The notes under the pieces are model-generated. The model did not search any database. It was given only the letters and a program-made list of their open reading frames with translations, and was not told where the DNA came from. A stretch of DNA of 63,663 nt, filler included, from Octopus bimaculoides (lineage: Eukaryota): assembly GCF_001194135.2 (NCBI RefSeq). It is 5 parts of 5 records of this genome, joined end to end, with 100 filler letters (N's around TTAATTAATTAA, not from the genome) between each part and the next. Parts side by side here need not be neighbours in the genome. Positions count along the whole stretch, not along the records: positions 1 to 24,837 come from NC_068983.1; positions 24,938 to 44,219 come from NC_068981.1; 3 more parts are not named here. One strand, written 5' to 3'. The position numbers were made by a program, and so were the translations under genes. Positions 13,550 through 26,510 of the stretch are shown one piece after another. Numbering within the stretch: position 1 is the first letter of the stretch; each line of letters opens with the position of its first letter.

Positions 13550-14049
13550 GAGAGAGGAAGAGAGGTTCAGTCAGCTGTTTGCAAAGAATATTTCAATTTA
13601 AGACTAACAAAAATATTTATTAGAAAACCCAGAATGTTTTTATAGAATTTAGTACACACATTCTTACATACATAGCAACAGGCTATTCAATATGACCGCC
13701 TTTGTGAAGCATCTAAATGTGTTGATCAGTCGCCATAAATAACTGACATTTACGCATCATTGGTATTGTGGTTATTCTTGTTAGTCTCCCTCTCAACGAC
13801 ACCCTAGACTAGCAGTCCAGAGGTGTTGAATCATAGAACTAGAAGGCCATATATTACAGGTAACATAATTACGAATATTTTCGGTTATGGACTTCTTTAT
13901 CGTGCAGAGTGTGTGAGAGATGCGTATTGTCTTGCTAGAACACTCATAGCTTCCTCTGAGCAATTACCTAATCCAGGGCTTGACAACCGTCTTCGTTGTC
14001 TCGACGTTGACTCTTGCGGGGATAAGACATGACATGGCCCTCTTAGCTT

Positions 14050-15700
14050 ATGACTCAAAAGATCACAGACGATGGAAATTAGGACTTCAGTGGGATTGGT
14101 ACTGAGCCAATTGCCATTTCTTTTTGTCTTCGTTTAATCTTCGACAAATCTCTTTCCATCTGAGAAGAGGAAGTGCATGTAGTGCTTCTCAGGTTCATTG
14201 AAATTGTTCAGCTAGCATTTCGATAGGATCACACGTTTATCCTGGGTCTTCTTGGACTTGAACTGCAATCTTTCCATAGCACAGGATTTGTAGCTGATAT
14301 CTTCGTGTATGTTCACTCCCAGAGGTGGAGAGGATCGGCAATAGCCGCTGATGTTGATGACCCCAGGTCTTGCTGGATAATATCTAACTATCGGGAACGT
14401 TTTCTATTTGTTTTCTGTTTGTTTTCTTTGACCACAAAAAACACATTTCCGCCTGGGTGGATATAAGAATAAAGCTGTGTACATTGACATTTAACATGTT
14501 CCTGTACACTCAATGATGAACATGCATTTGTTGTGGTCTCTTAAGAGACATTCTTCTTTTAAACAATCCATGTAAAATACACCATGCTGGTGTATCTTTA
14601 TATAACTAATTGCAGCTTGACAAAACTTTGAATATGCCAGAAAATTAATTATCTATTGTCTACATATGTGGAAGGCAGTTCTTAGTTGGCAGGAACTGAG
14701 TAATTCACCAATTTCTAAGATATTTCACTGAAAAGCATTTCTAAACAATCGATGGAGTAGGCGTATTTCACAGGGGGCATTGTATTCTACACTATTGAAC
14801 ACCATTAATACAACGTAGTGAATGTTAAAATGTTATAATTCTAAGTCATTTCTGTTTATCAAGTATATGTTGCCAAGCGGCTTGGTTGCTATGACCGATT
14901 CGTTTGCGAAGTGCAATAAAAGTCATTTGAATTTGGACAAAATTTTATCAGTGTGGTTCTTTCAGGTAATAAACAGACTGTGCCAAATTAGTACTTTACT
15001 GTCCCTCCACTTCGGAGTGTCCACTGCAGTCGCATATACGTAGGGCTTCGCTTTCAGACATATGATTATAACATGTATACATCTATGTACGTAATTGTGT
15101 AAGTGCGTTTGTGTATGTATCTACGTATATATAATATCAGTAATTATATATATATATATATATATACATACCCATTCATACATACATATATGTATATATA
15201 TATTTGAGTGTGTATATATATGTATATCTATATAAATATATATATGTGCGTGTGTGTGTGTGTGTGTATGTATGTGTGTATATGTATGTATGTATGTATA
15301 TATGTATATATGATATGCCTTTGATCACCTGTGTGTGCGAAAGAGAACGAGAGAAAGATGGGGAAGGAATATGCGTGTATGTATAAGGATGATTCTGTGT
15401 CAAGTAAATTACCTTTATATTGATTATATGAAAGGAGTGCATTCATCTGGATTAGATGCATATTATTCGTCCACAGCTTCTCTTAGTTTAGGTTCAGGTC
15501 TTTCGTCTTTGATGTAAAACAACGCCGACATGATGTTTAGTGAACAGTGTCATGATTTTGAACAGAAATGCCTTTACTTGTTCCACTGATTCATGAAGAT
15601 TAAATAGATGCTTGTACAATGTCTCACTTCATCATTAGTTAATATGCCTTGTAAGATAGGTGTATTTCTAGAGGTATATGGGCTTAGATATGCGCAACAT
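14050..15700 (-). mobile_element. Highly degenerate Penelope-like element (RT and GIY-YIG remnants), interrupted by microsatellites
   Basis: Minus-strand fragments NLHESVEQVKAFL (RT-like), NKCMFIIECTGTC (GIY-YIG-like) and SSTSAAIADPLHL/GVNIHEDISY (endonuclease C-terminus-like). Many stops and frameshifts. Confidence 0.45.
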
Positions 15701-15929
15701 TATATATATATATATATATATATATNNNNNNNNNNNNNNNNNNNNNNNNNNNNNNNNNNNNNNNNNNNNNNNNNNNNNNNNNNNNNNNNNNNNNNNNNNN
15801 NNNNNNNNNNNNNNNNNNNNNNNNNNNNNNNNNNNNNNNNNNNNNNNNNNNNNNNNNNNNNNNNNNNNNGCATATATATATATGCATATATATATATATT
15901 TGCCTATATATATAGAGAGAGAGAGATAC

Positions 15930-15994
<65 letters not shown>

Positions 15995-16292
15995 AAATTA
16001 GATAGATCAGCATATGTACATATATCCATATTTGTATACGTATGTGGTTGGGTGTAAAATGAAATAATTTTGTTTATGTGTTCGTATGTACATATGAGAG
16101 GGTGTAGCATGTGTGTACGTGCACGTGTGTTAGCAAACTGCGAGAAGAAATATATGTCAAAGCTTTAGAAACATTATCATTCATTCCATGACAAATATAT
16201 GTCTCTGCATATGTTCGTGCAAGAATATCAATAAACATATAGATAGATTGGCACATACATTCCGGTATTTAAATAAATTCATAATTTGCACA

Positions 16293-16351
<59 letters not shown>

Positions 16352-18026
16352 TATATATATATACGAGCAAGAGCATACGGACGTATGCAACATGCATCAT
16401 ATATTACATACACACACACACGCACACACGCATATGCACACATGCTATATATACTTATATATATATACTTATATATATATACATATACACCCTCAAATGC
16501 ACATCCATCCATCCATCTATAATTACATACATACATGCATACATACATACATACATACATACATACATACATAAACAGATGCATACGTAAATTTATACGA
16601 TTCCGATCTATTGGAAGCTCGGTTATTCCATTTCATTAAGTGGCTGTATATCAAAGGTGATCTACGGCTTTTCCATGGCAACGGATGACAGATTTAAGCC
16701 ACGCCTCATGTATCAGGCTAAATACCATGTCACACCCACTTCTTTCATGTCATAGGAAATATGTAATGTTCAATGATTTAAACACCAAAACACTGAGATT
16801 TTTAAGCAATATATTCCTATCGATCTTCAAAACTTTATGATGATATAACGCATGATTTTATGTGAGTATATGCGTGTGTGGGGGAGGAGGTTTAGTGTTT
16901 GAGTGTGTGTTAGTGAGTGTGTGTAAGCGTGTGTGTACTGTTTCATAATTTTATGCATTGGCGCTCTCGGGATTATCGAGTTTATACGCCGAGAATGTCA
17001 GAAAAGCCTTATAAAAATGTAGTGTTATCACTATAGTTTATTCGTTTTCGGATAATTCCATGCTGTTTTCAATAAATGCTCCATAACAAGTAATTTCCTA
17101 GTTTACGAAATTGATAATAGATTATAGTTACTAATATACACTTGAATTAATTGCAGTTATTCTTCTACTTAATAGACAGAACCTCCCGTCAAGCATATTT
17201 AAAACGAAAATAGTAAACAAAAAATATAACTGAAATAATATTGCCTGAGCAAACTTTTTGAGAACTTTAGATAATGCGGTTCTGGATGGATTTTATAAGT
17301 CAACTGATGAAAGCAATTGGCATGTTTTGATCTTGTTAGAACTCATCAAAGACCCATATTAATTGAAGTTATTCTTATAAATGATAAGTAAAAATAATGA
17401 GTAAATTGTCCCGCTGTTTATGCATATCAACAGCAGGGAAGAAATAGAAGAGCCTCGGGGAGCGCTCTGCATAATTTCTGTATGTGGAAAGACCCAAGCG
17501 AATACACAGAAACACATACACAGCCAGCGACTTGCATAAGCGCATACACCACATCCCTCCATCCTACGGCATATGCATTTATTTAAACGCATCAGTAGCA
17601 TCCCATCGCGCAATATTTTACAACGTTAATCTTTTCTCGCTGCTCTTTGTGATCTCTAGTGAATATCACTTTAGCCAGTGTTCATAAAGTACAGTAACAC
17701 ACCAAACGTAGTGATTAGTAAATGGTTCCCTAATTAGGTGTAAGTCCATAAATTTAAGTCGGAATATAGTATAAGTGCGTAGTTTTAACATATTTCTTAA
17801 GTTATATCAATTTACTTCAACTTTTAATTGAATTCGATACAGACAACTAATTTCATACGTTATTTCCCTCCCTATAAGGATAGATCACTAGATAACACTA
17901 TTTGGTAACCTAAATCAATAATGGCTTAAACTATAATAATGTATCCCTAGTTTTACAACCGCTTTTGTAAATTATATTATCAAACTTTTCGTCTTATAGG
18001 CACTCTCATGTAATTACTGATATATA

Positions 18027-18242
18027 CGAGGTAGGTGATGAAAAGTTCCTGGCTTTGGGGAAAAGAAAATACAAGAGGTTCTTAATAATGATTTAATTCA
18101 ACATATCCCCCTCTCAGATTCTCAGACTTTTGCAGCTGTCCTTCAGCTGTCCTTAAGTCGTGTAAAGAAACGCGGAAGGTTGGGCCTCCAACCAGGCCTT
18201 TCGTGTTACCCTTAAAGCCAGGAACTTTTCAGCACATCCTCA
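18027..18242. mobile_element. Mariner-type MITE (216 bp)
   Basis: Imperfect TIRs CGAGGTAGGTGATGAAAAGTTCCTGGCTTT / AAAGCCAGGAACTTTTCAGCACATCCTCA with TA on both sides (18025-26, 18243-44). Confidence 0.88.
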
Positions 18243-20642
18243 TATGTATATAAATATGTGTGTTTGTGTCGACTTTAATACACACATATATCCACATATG
18301 CACACACACACTATATATCGGAGGGATCTTTGTTAATATCGGGAAACCGGGTGTCACTCACTAAGACAAAATCCGTACTTTGATATATACGAAACAATGA
18401 CCAATGCATTCACTGGTATTGGGAAAAACGCGCTGAGCTTTAAAAGACATGCTGAACATAATTTTAAACGACGTTAAATTAAGATCATTGCTGGAATGTT
18501 GATGCCGTGAGATTGTCTGAAAGAAAAAATCTCTACATGTACATATTGGGTTAACATCATCATGAGTCACTGTTGTGGTGGTGTTCACATTGCTCCGATA
18601 TATTCTGTTTACGTCAATGAAGAAATTTTCTCTTTAACAAAAACAAGAGTCGCATACCTTTCGGCGGTGTATATGCAGTTGACAATTTAATGATAATTTA
18701 ATGCTTAAATTTTTGAATATTGGTTATAAAGAACTAAATTATCAGGTTATTTTATCTAAGTATGAATTGCATATATTTTCACACGTGGAAAATAGAGTTT
18801 TGATGCCCTTTAAGGTGGATGCGAAAGAAATACGTGTTTGGCTTTAATAGAAAGTTACGGCAAGTGCTATGACGATTTCTTATGAAAGTATCACAATGCA
18901 GCATTAAACAACTTCAATGACGTGTCGTGTTATCTGATTTTCGCTTGGATATTATAAAAATATGTAAATCACGATATACTTTTTAACTTAGGAGATGAAA
19001 CTGGCGGAATAACTGCAGTGTAGGAAATCAATGCTGCATTTGTGTGCGTAGAATCAATTGAAGCACATTGCACATTCCAGCTGCTTTATACTGAACATTT
19101 CTTAATAGTACGATTTATCTATAATTTGAATGATATCTTCAGATAATGATTAAAAATCTTCATCCACATTTTCTCATTCATTTTTATTTGGTGAGAACTG
19201 ATGTGCATTCGTCAACTGCAGAGCATCAGATAACTGGATTGATTGATATTTCAGCATTTGATAGAAAGTAATAATTGTTCCTGAGAGGAAAAGCAAAATT
19301 TAAAGTGATTTTTCAGCATTCATCTTAACAGTTTCCTATGAAATTCTCCGTTGCATTCTAAGATCAAGCTGAATGGTTTTACTACTCGTAGTCCTATAAT
19401 TTTTAATGTTGGCTGGTGAGATTTACTTTGTTAATAATTTACACAATTCTATAATATGCGAATAGAATGTAGTTAACATTTGCAAGCCGTGCTTCGAAAA
19501 AATAATTAATTCCACTGTAAATGATTTTCAATGCTAATAGGTCAAAAGTTAAGATGTTGATGTTGGCAATGAATTCATAAATCATTGTGGTTTATGATTT
19601 TAATCCTACAACAATAGGGATTTTCTATATCGAGTCATTCCTTTATGAAAACTATCACTTTAAGAAATCAATATAGAACAAAAACTAAAGTTTGAGCTAA
19701 CCGAAACAACGATGCGATATGAATTCCTGTTATAAAAAAAATTATATCGTTAATGTATGCAAGGAACCTATGAATCTCACATATTCGCTATGGTGATAAA
19801 TTACAATATACTGGGCACTTTTATGTTGAGAACACAATTACTGTTTTATATTATACTCAACTGTGATTATGTTAACAGTAGTTAAGCATTGCAAAATGAA
19901 ATATTTTCTAAAATAAATTTCTATATTCTTCATCTTCTCATAATTTTCCCACATCAAAACGTTACTCTTTAGTATCCAATTATTGGGAAAAAAACATGTG
20001 GCTTTTTTCATCAAATCAATGGCGGAGGCCGATGCAATTTCCCGAAAGATATTAAACATTCATGAGATACATGATGTAACTCGTTGTTACGTAACAACAC
20101 TCCTGTGAATTGTAAGAACCACAATCATAAAGGTATTTTTTCATTATTACTTGTTCATTTCTTTGTAGTTATTATCTCACCCGATTCAGCTTCGTTTTGT
20201 TCTTCGTAATTCCATGCATGAGTCATTTTCTTTTCTTTTTTTGCAATTAAATGTATATCTACTGCAAGCTGGTACTGTGCTATTGTTTACAAATGCAATA
20301 CATCTTCATTGCAATTAGTCTAGGTTCTTTTGTATTTACACATTGTAAACAGAGTTCTATACTTATGCGATGTGTAATCAAAATATTTTCCATTTTTTAG
20401 AAAGAATTTCGGCAAAGCAATTAAGATGTAATAAACCTAGTTTGGGTAAACTTGAAGCATTAGTAATTAACAAGTGAGCTAGTTTTCCACAAAAAAAAAA
20501 GAATATTCTATTTTCAATCTTTCTGTTTCTGTAATATGTAAGTAGAATCTGGAGATAGTTGAAAGCATTAATTTGTGTTGCATATAAATATAGTGCTGCA
20601 TTACGTATACCATAGCGATAATAACAATAATAATAATAATAA

Positions 20643-20795
20643 TCCTTTCTACTATTGGCACAAGACTTGGATTTTGTGGTGAGTGCGATCCAGAAAGGAT
20701 GAAAGGCAAAGTCGACCTCAGCGGAATTTGAACTCAGAACGAATCGCTTAAGCATTTCGTCCAGCGTGCTAACGATTCTATCAGCTCGCTGCCTT
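20643..20795 (-). mobile_element. SINE family B with (ATT)n tail
   Basis: Head reverse complement GCTAACGATTCTATCAGCTCGCTGCC; core AAAGGATGAAAGGCAAAGTCGACCTC; (TAA)n at about 20623-20643. Confidence 0.87.
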
Positions 20796-20796
20796 C

Positions 20797-21690
20797 ATAA
20801 TAATAATAATTGTCATTGTTGCTACTTTGTTGTCTTTGCACAACTTCTAATTCTGGAGAGGTACTACAGTGTCAGCTGTTCACTACCAGTTAACTAACGT
20901 AACACCTCTTATTTTTCGACCACCATCTGCACCGCAATATTCGAGCGGTTTCAAGCAGTGCTGTTTTCTGCAAGTTTTCCACCCTTGTTGCAGTTCCTAT
21001 TTGTTCCATGTACTTCTCAAGATTTTTATTCACTGCTCACAGGGCTCCGATAATTATTGGTACTACTATCACATTTTTCAGCCACAACAACTGCTTAAAC
21101 TCCCAAGCTAATCTATCATTTCTGTCGACTTTTCTTCCTTCCTTATCGCATAACATGTTGTCAGCTGGGCATTCTATATCAATGATCCAGCATTGTTTGC
21201 TCTCTTTCTCAATTGACACTATGTCACGTTTCCTATTCTCTATCTCATGGTCGCACTGAATCATCAAATCCCATAGGATCTTTGTATTATCTTTTTCGAT
21301 AATGCCTTCGGATTTATGTTCGTACCACTTTTGTGCTCTGTCAAGTCCATATTGTTGCAAAGTGTGCAATGGGCAATCCTTGCTATGTTATCATGATGTC
21401 TATTATATTCTTTCTGGGCTAGTGGCGTACACTGACTCGTAATATGCCATACGGTTTCACCATTTTGTCCACAAATCCAGTATTTATCACTTCCTGATAT
21501 GTTGACGGTTCTGTATTTGATGTAATTCGTTCTTACTGCTTTCTCTTGGACAGCAAAGATTAGAGCCTCTGTTTCCGGTTTTAAATCACTTTTAGTCATC
21601 CTTAGCCATCTTTTTCTCTGTATGTCTTATCTTCAACATCTCTATGAAATTGTGTATGCATTATTTTCTGTATACACCTATTTCCAACGG
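20797..21690 (-). mobile_element. R4/Dong-like non-LTR retrotransposon 3' fragment (CCHC knuckle + restriction-like endonuclease), pseudogenised
   Basis: KSDLKPETEALIFAVQE; degenerate C-x2-C-x8-H-x4-C (YWICGQNGETVWHITSQC); KILWDLMIQCDHEIENRKRDIV; IIDIECP; VVPIIIGAL; QKTALLETARILR; ends in an (ATT)n tail. Confidence 0.9.
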
Positions 21691-23607
21691 GAAATAGGTG
21701 TATAAAGCACCTGACAATAATTTCAATGTTAGAAGGTATAAAATATCGTAAAATATTTATAACAAACATCTTGTAAAAGCTTTAAGTGAAACTTATTAGT
21801 GAAATTATATGCGTGCATGCGTAAGTGCGTATGCACCTGTGGTCTGTGTATGTATAAACATTTCAGTTTTCTTTTTTGTAGTTACATGATTAGGGAAGGA
21901 TTATATTAGACAGATATTAAATTCCTTTAAGCCAAATAGGTTTCTTACTCGTCTGCTATATACAAGATAAAACATATAATCTCAAAGAAATAATATATCT
22001 TAGCTGTGTATCAACTTAAACATTGCTGTTATGTGGAACTGATGAAGAAATCAAAATAACGTTGCAGTTAAAATATACCTCCTTTGTTTTCAGAAATTGT
22101 TACAAACTTCACCTAAAAGATTCTTTTATTTGTTGTAAAGAGTGACAATATGTTAAAAGGTTAGTGAAACAGAAGTGATAATTTTCTTGAAGTCATTCAT
22201 ATAAAGAAATGATCTGTGAATATGTGAGGTCTAATAGTCGGTAAACTGGCATATGTATTAGAAAGCAAGATCTACTATAGAAAATAGTGGCTAAATTGGT
22301 CAAATAAAATGTATTGACGTGTAAACAAATGTCAATTTGATCTAATTAATTTCTTGAAGCATGGGTTTTCATCATGCTGATTCCACGAAGACTTCGCTTG
22401 TTATAGAGAAGATATGCGACCATGTTATCCACTCTAGACGTTTAGCAAAATGAGTGAAATCTTCTTTCAAATTAAATGGAATTTCTTTTCATGAGAGACT
22501 GCAAAAGAAGAAGGTTTCTATAACTATTTTCTATAACTATTGTCATGCTAATCTAAAGATACGAGAGTACTGATCAATAACATCTCATTTAATTCTGGGA
22601 CGCTTAAATTAGGTTAACTGTATCAGCTATGTAATCCTCTCAGACGGTGGGTATTCAATCTCTTTATACGTTCAACATTTTTATCATCTTTGGTCGTAAA
22701 ATAAGGAAATATATGTTCCGATAAGTGAGAACTATTTTCTCTATCTCTAATCAGAAAACAACATGAAATGTAATGTTTTCCATTATAGCTGTTTCGTTAT
22801 TTGACAGTTTTGAAAGTTATTGCTAAAGAGAATTGCCCTCATTGTTTCTTGTCTTGTACCAAATACGCTGTTGCTGTGCATGCATTTACGTAACGAGTCT
22901 ATCCAGCTACTTCTCTACTGTTTAGTTCAACTCTATATATTTTCAAAGCGCGGTAAAGCCTCTAACTTTCTGACATTGATTACAATATTTTCCTTCTAGA
23001 ATCTATTCTTTTACTGCTAAGAAAAACAAATTCTTTTTCTGATACTGTGTAATGCCACTCATTTACCAAAAAGTATCCCCATAGAAGTATTTTAGTCTCA
23101 TCGTCCTAAACGCTTACCATTCCACTTATTACCAAATATAAAACGAAAATATGCCTTCTTTTAATGCAGTTTATATGTTGATAACTTTCAACATATTGAT
23201 TTACAACATAAATAGCTTACTCTATTNNNNNNNNNNAAAAAAAAAAAAAAAAAAGAACAACAGCGCAATACTGTTTATTATTTAGAAACCAACAATTCCT
23301 TAAACAAATATAGTATTACTCTATACCAGAAAGTACAAGATTTGCATATTTAGGTATTTAGTTTGTGATAACTACTTGATATCTTCTACAGCGTGAGTGC
23401 GAGTAAATGAATATTAATTCGATGTATTGACCTTTTGAACTTAAACTCAACAACTTCGAATTTGTCCACGAAATATTGCAAGTTTTATTGTTGCCAGAGA
23501 AGTTCTACTCCAGACTACAAAATGTGGATTCTGGTTCTCAATCAAATGCAGCTATAATAAATTTCCAGAAGCTTAGTACTGAATGCTTCACAACCAAGTC
23601 GGATATA

Positions 23608-24836
23608 CTGGGTCATCCCATAAATAGTGCGGTTTTTCAATTGCGTGAACTAAAATCGGAGTGAGACGCGATAAACTACCTGCATCAACTTGCTATAAAA
23701 GCAGGTAGTCATTTTATCTTCTACTTATTCTTAGTGCAACTTTTGAAGAGAACAGTTCGTTATTATCAGTTATTTTACAAAGCTATAATGGAAGTAACAA
23801 AGGAGCATATTTGGCATATTTTGCTTTATGAGTTCAATAAAGACAACAACGCAACGGAAAGTGCGAGGAATATTAATGCAATATATGGGGATCAGAAAAT
23901 ACGCGTAAGCCAGTGCCAAAGGTGGTTCCCGAAATTTCGAGCATTACAGCCTAGAAGACGAGCCTCATCCAGGAAACCCTGGTGGAAGAAAATCCCATTG
24001 TAACTGTTGAGGAAATAGCAGAGAAGGTTGAATTTGGTAATTCAACCAGTCATCGACACCTGCGTACCATCGGAAAAGTCAGCAAATTCGGTCAATATGT
24101 TCCTCACAAATTTCCGAGCTTGATCGCGCGCAGAGAGTGAATGTGTGCTCTTCTTTGCTGTCATGTCACACGAATAAACCTGTTTTGGAATGAATAGAGA
24201 CTGGTGACGAGAAATGGGTTTTCTATAAAAGTGACAAGCGCCGAAGACAGTGGGTAGGGAAAGGAGAAACACCGGCAACCCAGGCTAATGAAGGTTTTCC
24301 CGCATGTAAGGTGTTGCTTTCTCTTTCGTGGGATATGAAACGTTTAGTCCACTATCAGCTTGTAAACCCAAACCAAACGAGGACAAAGGAGATCTACTAC
24401 CAGAAGCCTGAGTGGCTAAACTCTAGAAGAAAAAAGAACCATCTTTGGTTTGAAAACAAAAGGTATCCTTCTATCAGAATAATGCTCGACCACATACAGT
24501 GACGATGGCATTCGAAAGGTTGGACAGTTTCAATGGGAAACGATGCTCCACCCGCCATATTCACCGGACATTCCCCATCTGATTACCATTTACTTCGCAG
24601 TCTTCAAAATCATTTGGATGGAAAAAATATGAATTCTGTAGACGAGGAAGTATATTTTTCGACACGGACAAGTGAATTTTGGAAAAGGGGCTTTGCAAAT
24701 CTACCAGATAGATGGAAGAGCATTGTAGAAAATGAAGGAGAGTATATTTTAGATTAAAAAAGAACTCTGTTTATCTTAATTTTTAAAAATTGATGAAGTA
24801 TAAAAAAAAAACTACATTATTTATGGAATGACCCAA
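23608..24836 (+). mobile_element. Near full-length mariner DNA transposon (about 1.23 kb), degenerate
   Basis: TIRs CTGGGTCATCCCATAAATAGTGCGG / CTACATTATTTATGGAATGACCCAA; TA at 23606-07 and T at 24837 before the gap. Confidence 0.93.
23788..24757 (+). pseudogene. Mariner (D34D-type) transposase pseudogene
   Basis: MEVTKEHIWHILLYEFNK (HTH), IETGDEKWVFY (first D), NNARPH (second D mutated to N), frameshifted PPYSPDIPPSDYHLLRSLQNHL, end LPDRWKSIVENEGEYILD*. Multiple frameshifts. Confidence 0.92.
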
Positions 24837-24881
24837 TNNNNNNNNNNNNNNNNNNNNNNNNNNNNNNNNNNNNNNNNNNNN

Positions 24882-24893
24882 TTAATTAATTAA
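24882..24893. other. Assembly linker TTAATTAATTAA inside a 100-bp gap
   Basis: 44 N + TTAATTAATTAA + 44 N; stop codons in all six frames; the same construct recurs at three other gaps. Confidence 0.95.
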
Positions 24894-24949
24894 NNNNNNN
24901 NNNNNNNNNNNNNNNNNNNNNNNNNNNNNNNNNNNNNATATGTATATAT

Positions 24950-25116
24950 TCAATTTTTTTTCTCCGTGTTTTTCTCCTTGTCTCCGTATTCTTTCTGTTG
25001 AAGAGCGTAGCTCGAAACGTCAAAGACTTTCCGTATTCCCGAGCGTCATACTAATATATACTTTTGTTATTTACACCACCTGTCCTCGTCTGTTGTTATT
25101 TTTTGTATAATCTCCC
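24950..25116 (+). mobile_element. Short HHR-bearing non-autonomous repeat (family H1), copy 1
   Basis: Bounded by (TA)n. The 3' part is homologous to 63541-63636 and more weakly to 42872-43085 (minus). Confidence 0.8.
24990..25026 (+). ncRNA. Minimal type I hammerhead ribozyme motif (A6U variant)
   Basis: UCUUU-CUGUUGA-A-GAGC-GUA-GCUC-GAAAC-GUC^AAAGA: 5-bp stem I, 4-bp stem II, palindromic ACGU stem III, GUC site. Confidence 0.72.
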
Positions 25117-25175
25117 ATATATATATACAAATATACATATATATATACATATATATCTATATCTTTATCTATCCA

Positions 25176-25213
<38 letters not shown>

Positions 25214-25678
25214 CATACGACAGAGAGTTCCCACCTCGTAGATAGATAGATAACATATAGAAACTTTCCCATGGATGCCTTCCTTGTGGAGAGCATATAG
25301 TTAAGTGGAGGGTGGAGGTCAATACACTTAATGCAATGAGTTCAAATAAATATGTAATGAATCAAAATTGCATGTGCAATGAAAAGAAAAAGCTTTAGCG
25401 TTAACGATAATTTTTCTCAAAGGCAAGGGAGACAATTTCGAAATTCAGATTAATCAAAAGACCAATGGGTGTGTGCAGCAGGAAATAAGTCTAATCTTTT
25501 ATCAAAACTGACAACTCCCAATATGTTTCATTCTAATTATCTCACCACGGTGAAGAATAGGCTTTCACTTTTTTATCTATTTTTTACCAGACAAGAGACT
25601 GTATACGAGATCGTTTGAGATTATATAGTTTATAAGTGTAAAAAGTATTAAGTAATTAGGCAAAAAAATTACTGGATA

Positions 25679-25737
25679 ATTCCAGATCTCGGATTTCTGG
25701 CTCTGCATAAGAAATGCTCTGCCTTCATCAGTGGAAT
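25679..25737 (-). ncRNA. Type I hammerhead ribozyme, intact core
   Basis: AUUCCA-CUGAUGA-A-GGC-AGA-GCAU-UUCUU-AUGC-AGA-GCC-A-GAAA-UC-CGA-GA-UC^UGGAAU: 6-bp stem I and a 3-bp stem III with CGA loop. The A/A pair at 10.1/11.1 is atypical. Confidence 0.78.
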
Positions 25738-26206
25738 ATACTCAGATAGCACACTAGTTTATTTTGTCTTTTTGTCTTCTCTCCTGGTGCTGTATGAACA
25801 TTTAATGTGATTTTAGAGTCAAGTTTTGGCTGCTATTTCTAGCATGGTGGTCTCTCTTAGATACGCTTAACTATAATTTTATAATAATTATTACCTTTTG
25901 AGGTTTTTATTCCCATGCTGGCCACCTGATATGATCGGTATTCTAAATAACGATCTATCCTTATTTATNNNNNNNNNNNNNNNNNNNNNNNNNNNNNNNN
26001 NNNNNNNNNNNNNNNNNNNNNNNNNNNNNNNNNNNNNNNNNNNNNNNNNNNNNNNNNNNNNNNNNNNNNNNNNNNNNNNNNNNNNNNNNNNNNNNNNNNN
26101 NNNNNNNNNNNNNNNNNNNNNNNNNNNNNNNNNNNNNNNNNNNNNNNNNNNNNNNNNNNNNNNNNNNNNNNNNNNNNNNNNNNNNNNNNNNNNNNNNNNN
26201 NNNNNN

Positions 26207-26245
<39 letters not shown>

Positions 26246-26510
26246 AGGTTTGGAGAAGATGTACAGTAATTATATATTGTAAAACATATTAAGGTACTCA
26301 GATATCTGGATGGTTGTACATTTACAGTTTTATATTAATGTCACATGTTTTATAAATATTAGCGCTTGCACCTATTCTTGTTGGTTCTTCAATACATATA
26401 TATATATATATATAATATACATACACACACGCGCACAAACACATACACAAGTGTATGTATATATGTATGTATGTACCTATGAATATAGGTATGCATGTAG
26501 ATAAGCATGA

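Noticed and set aside
13545-13740. Tc1/mariner 3' end remnant (KGGHIE*)
   Set aside because: A single short motif and no clear TIR; too weak to list as a feature.
18870-19450. Possible Helitron PIF1 helicase remnant (FLNS, QFPMKFSVAF)
   Set aside because: Only short scattered motif resemblances in different frames; cannot be supported without tBLASTn.
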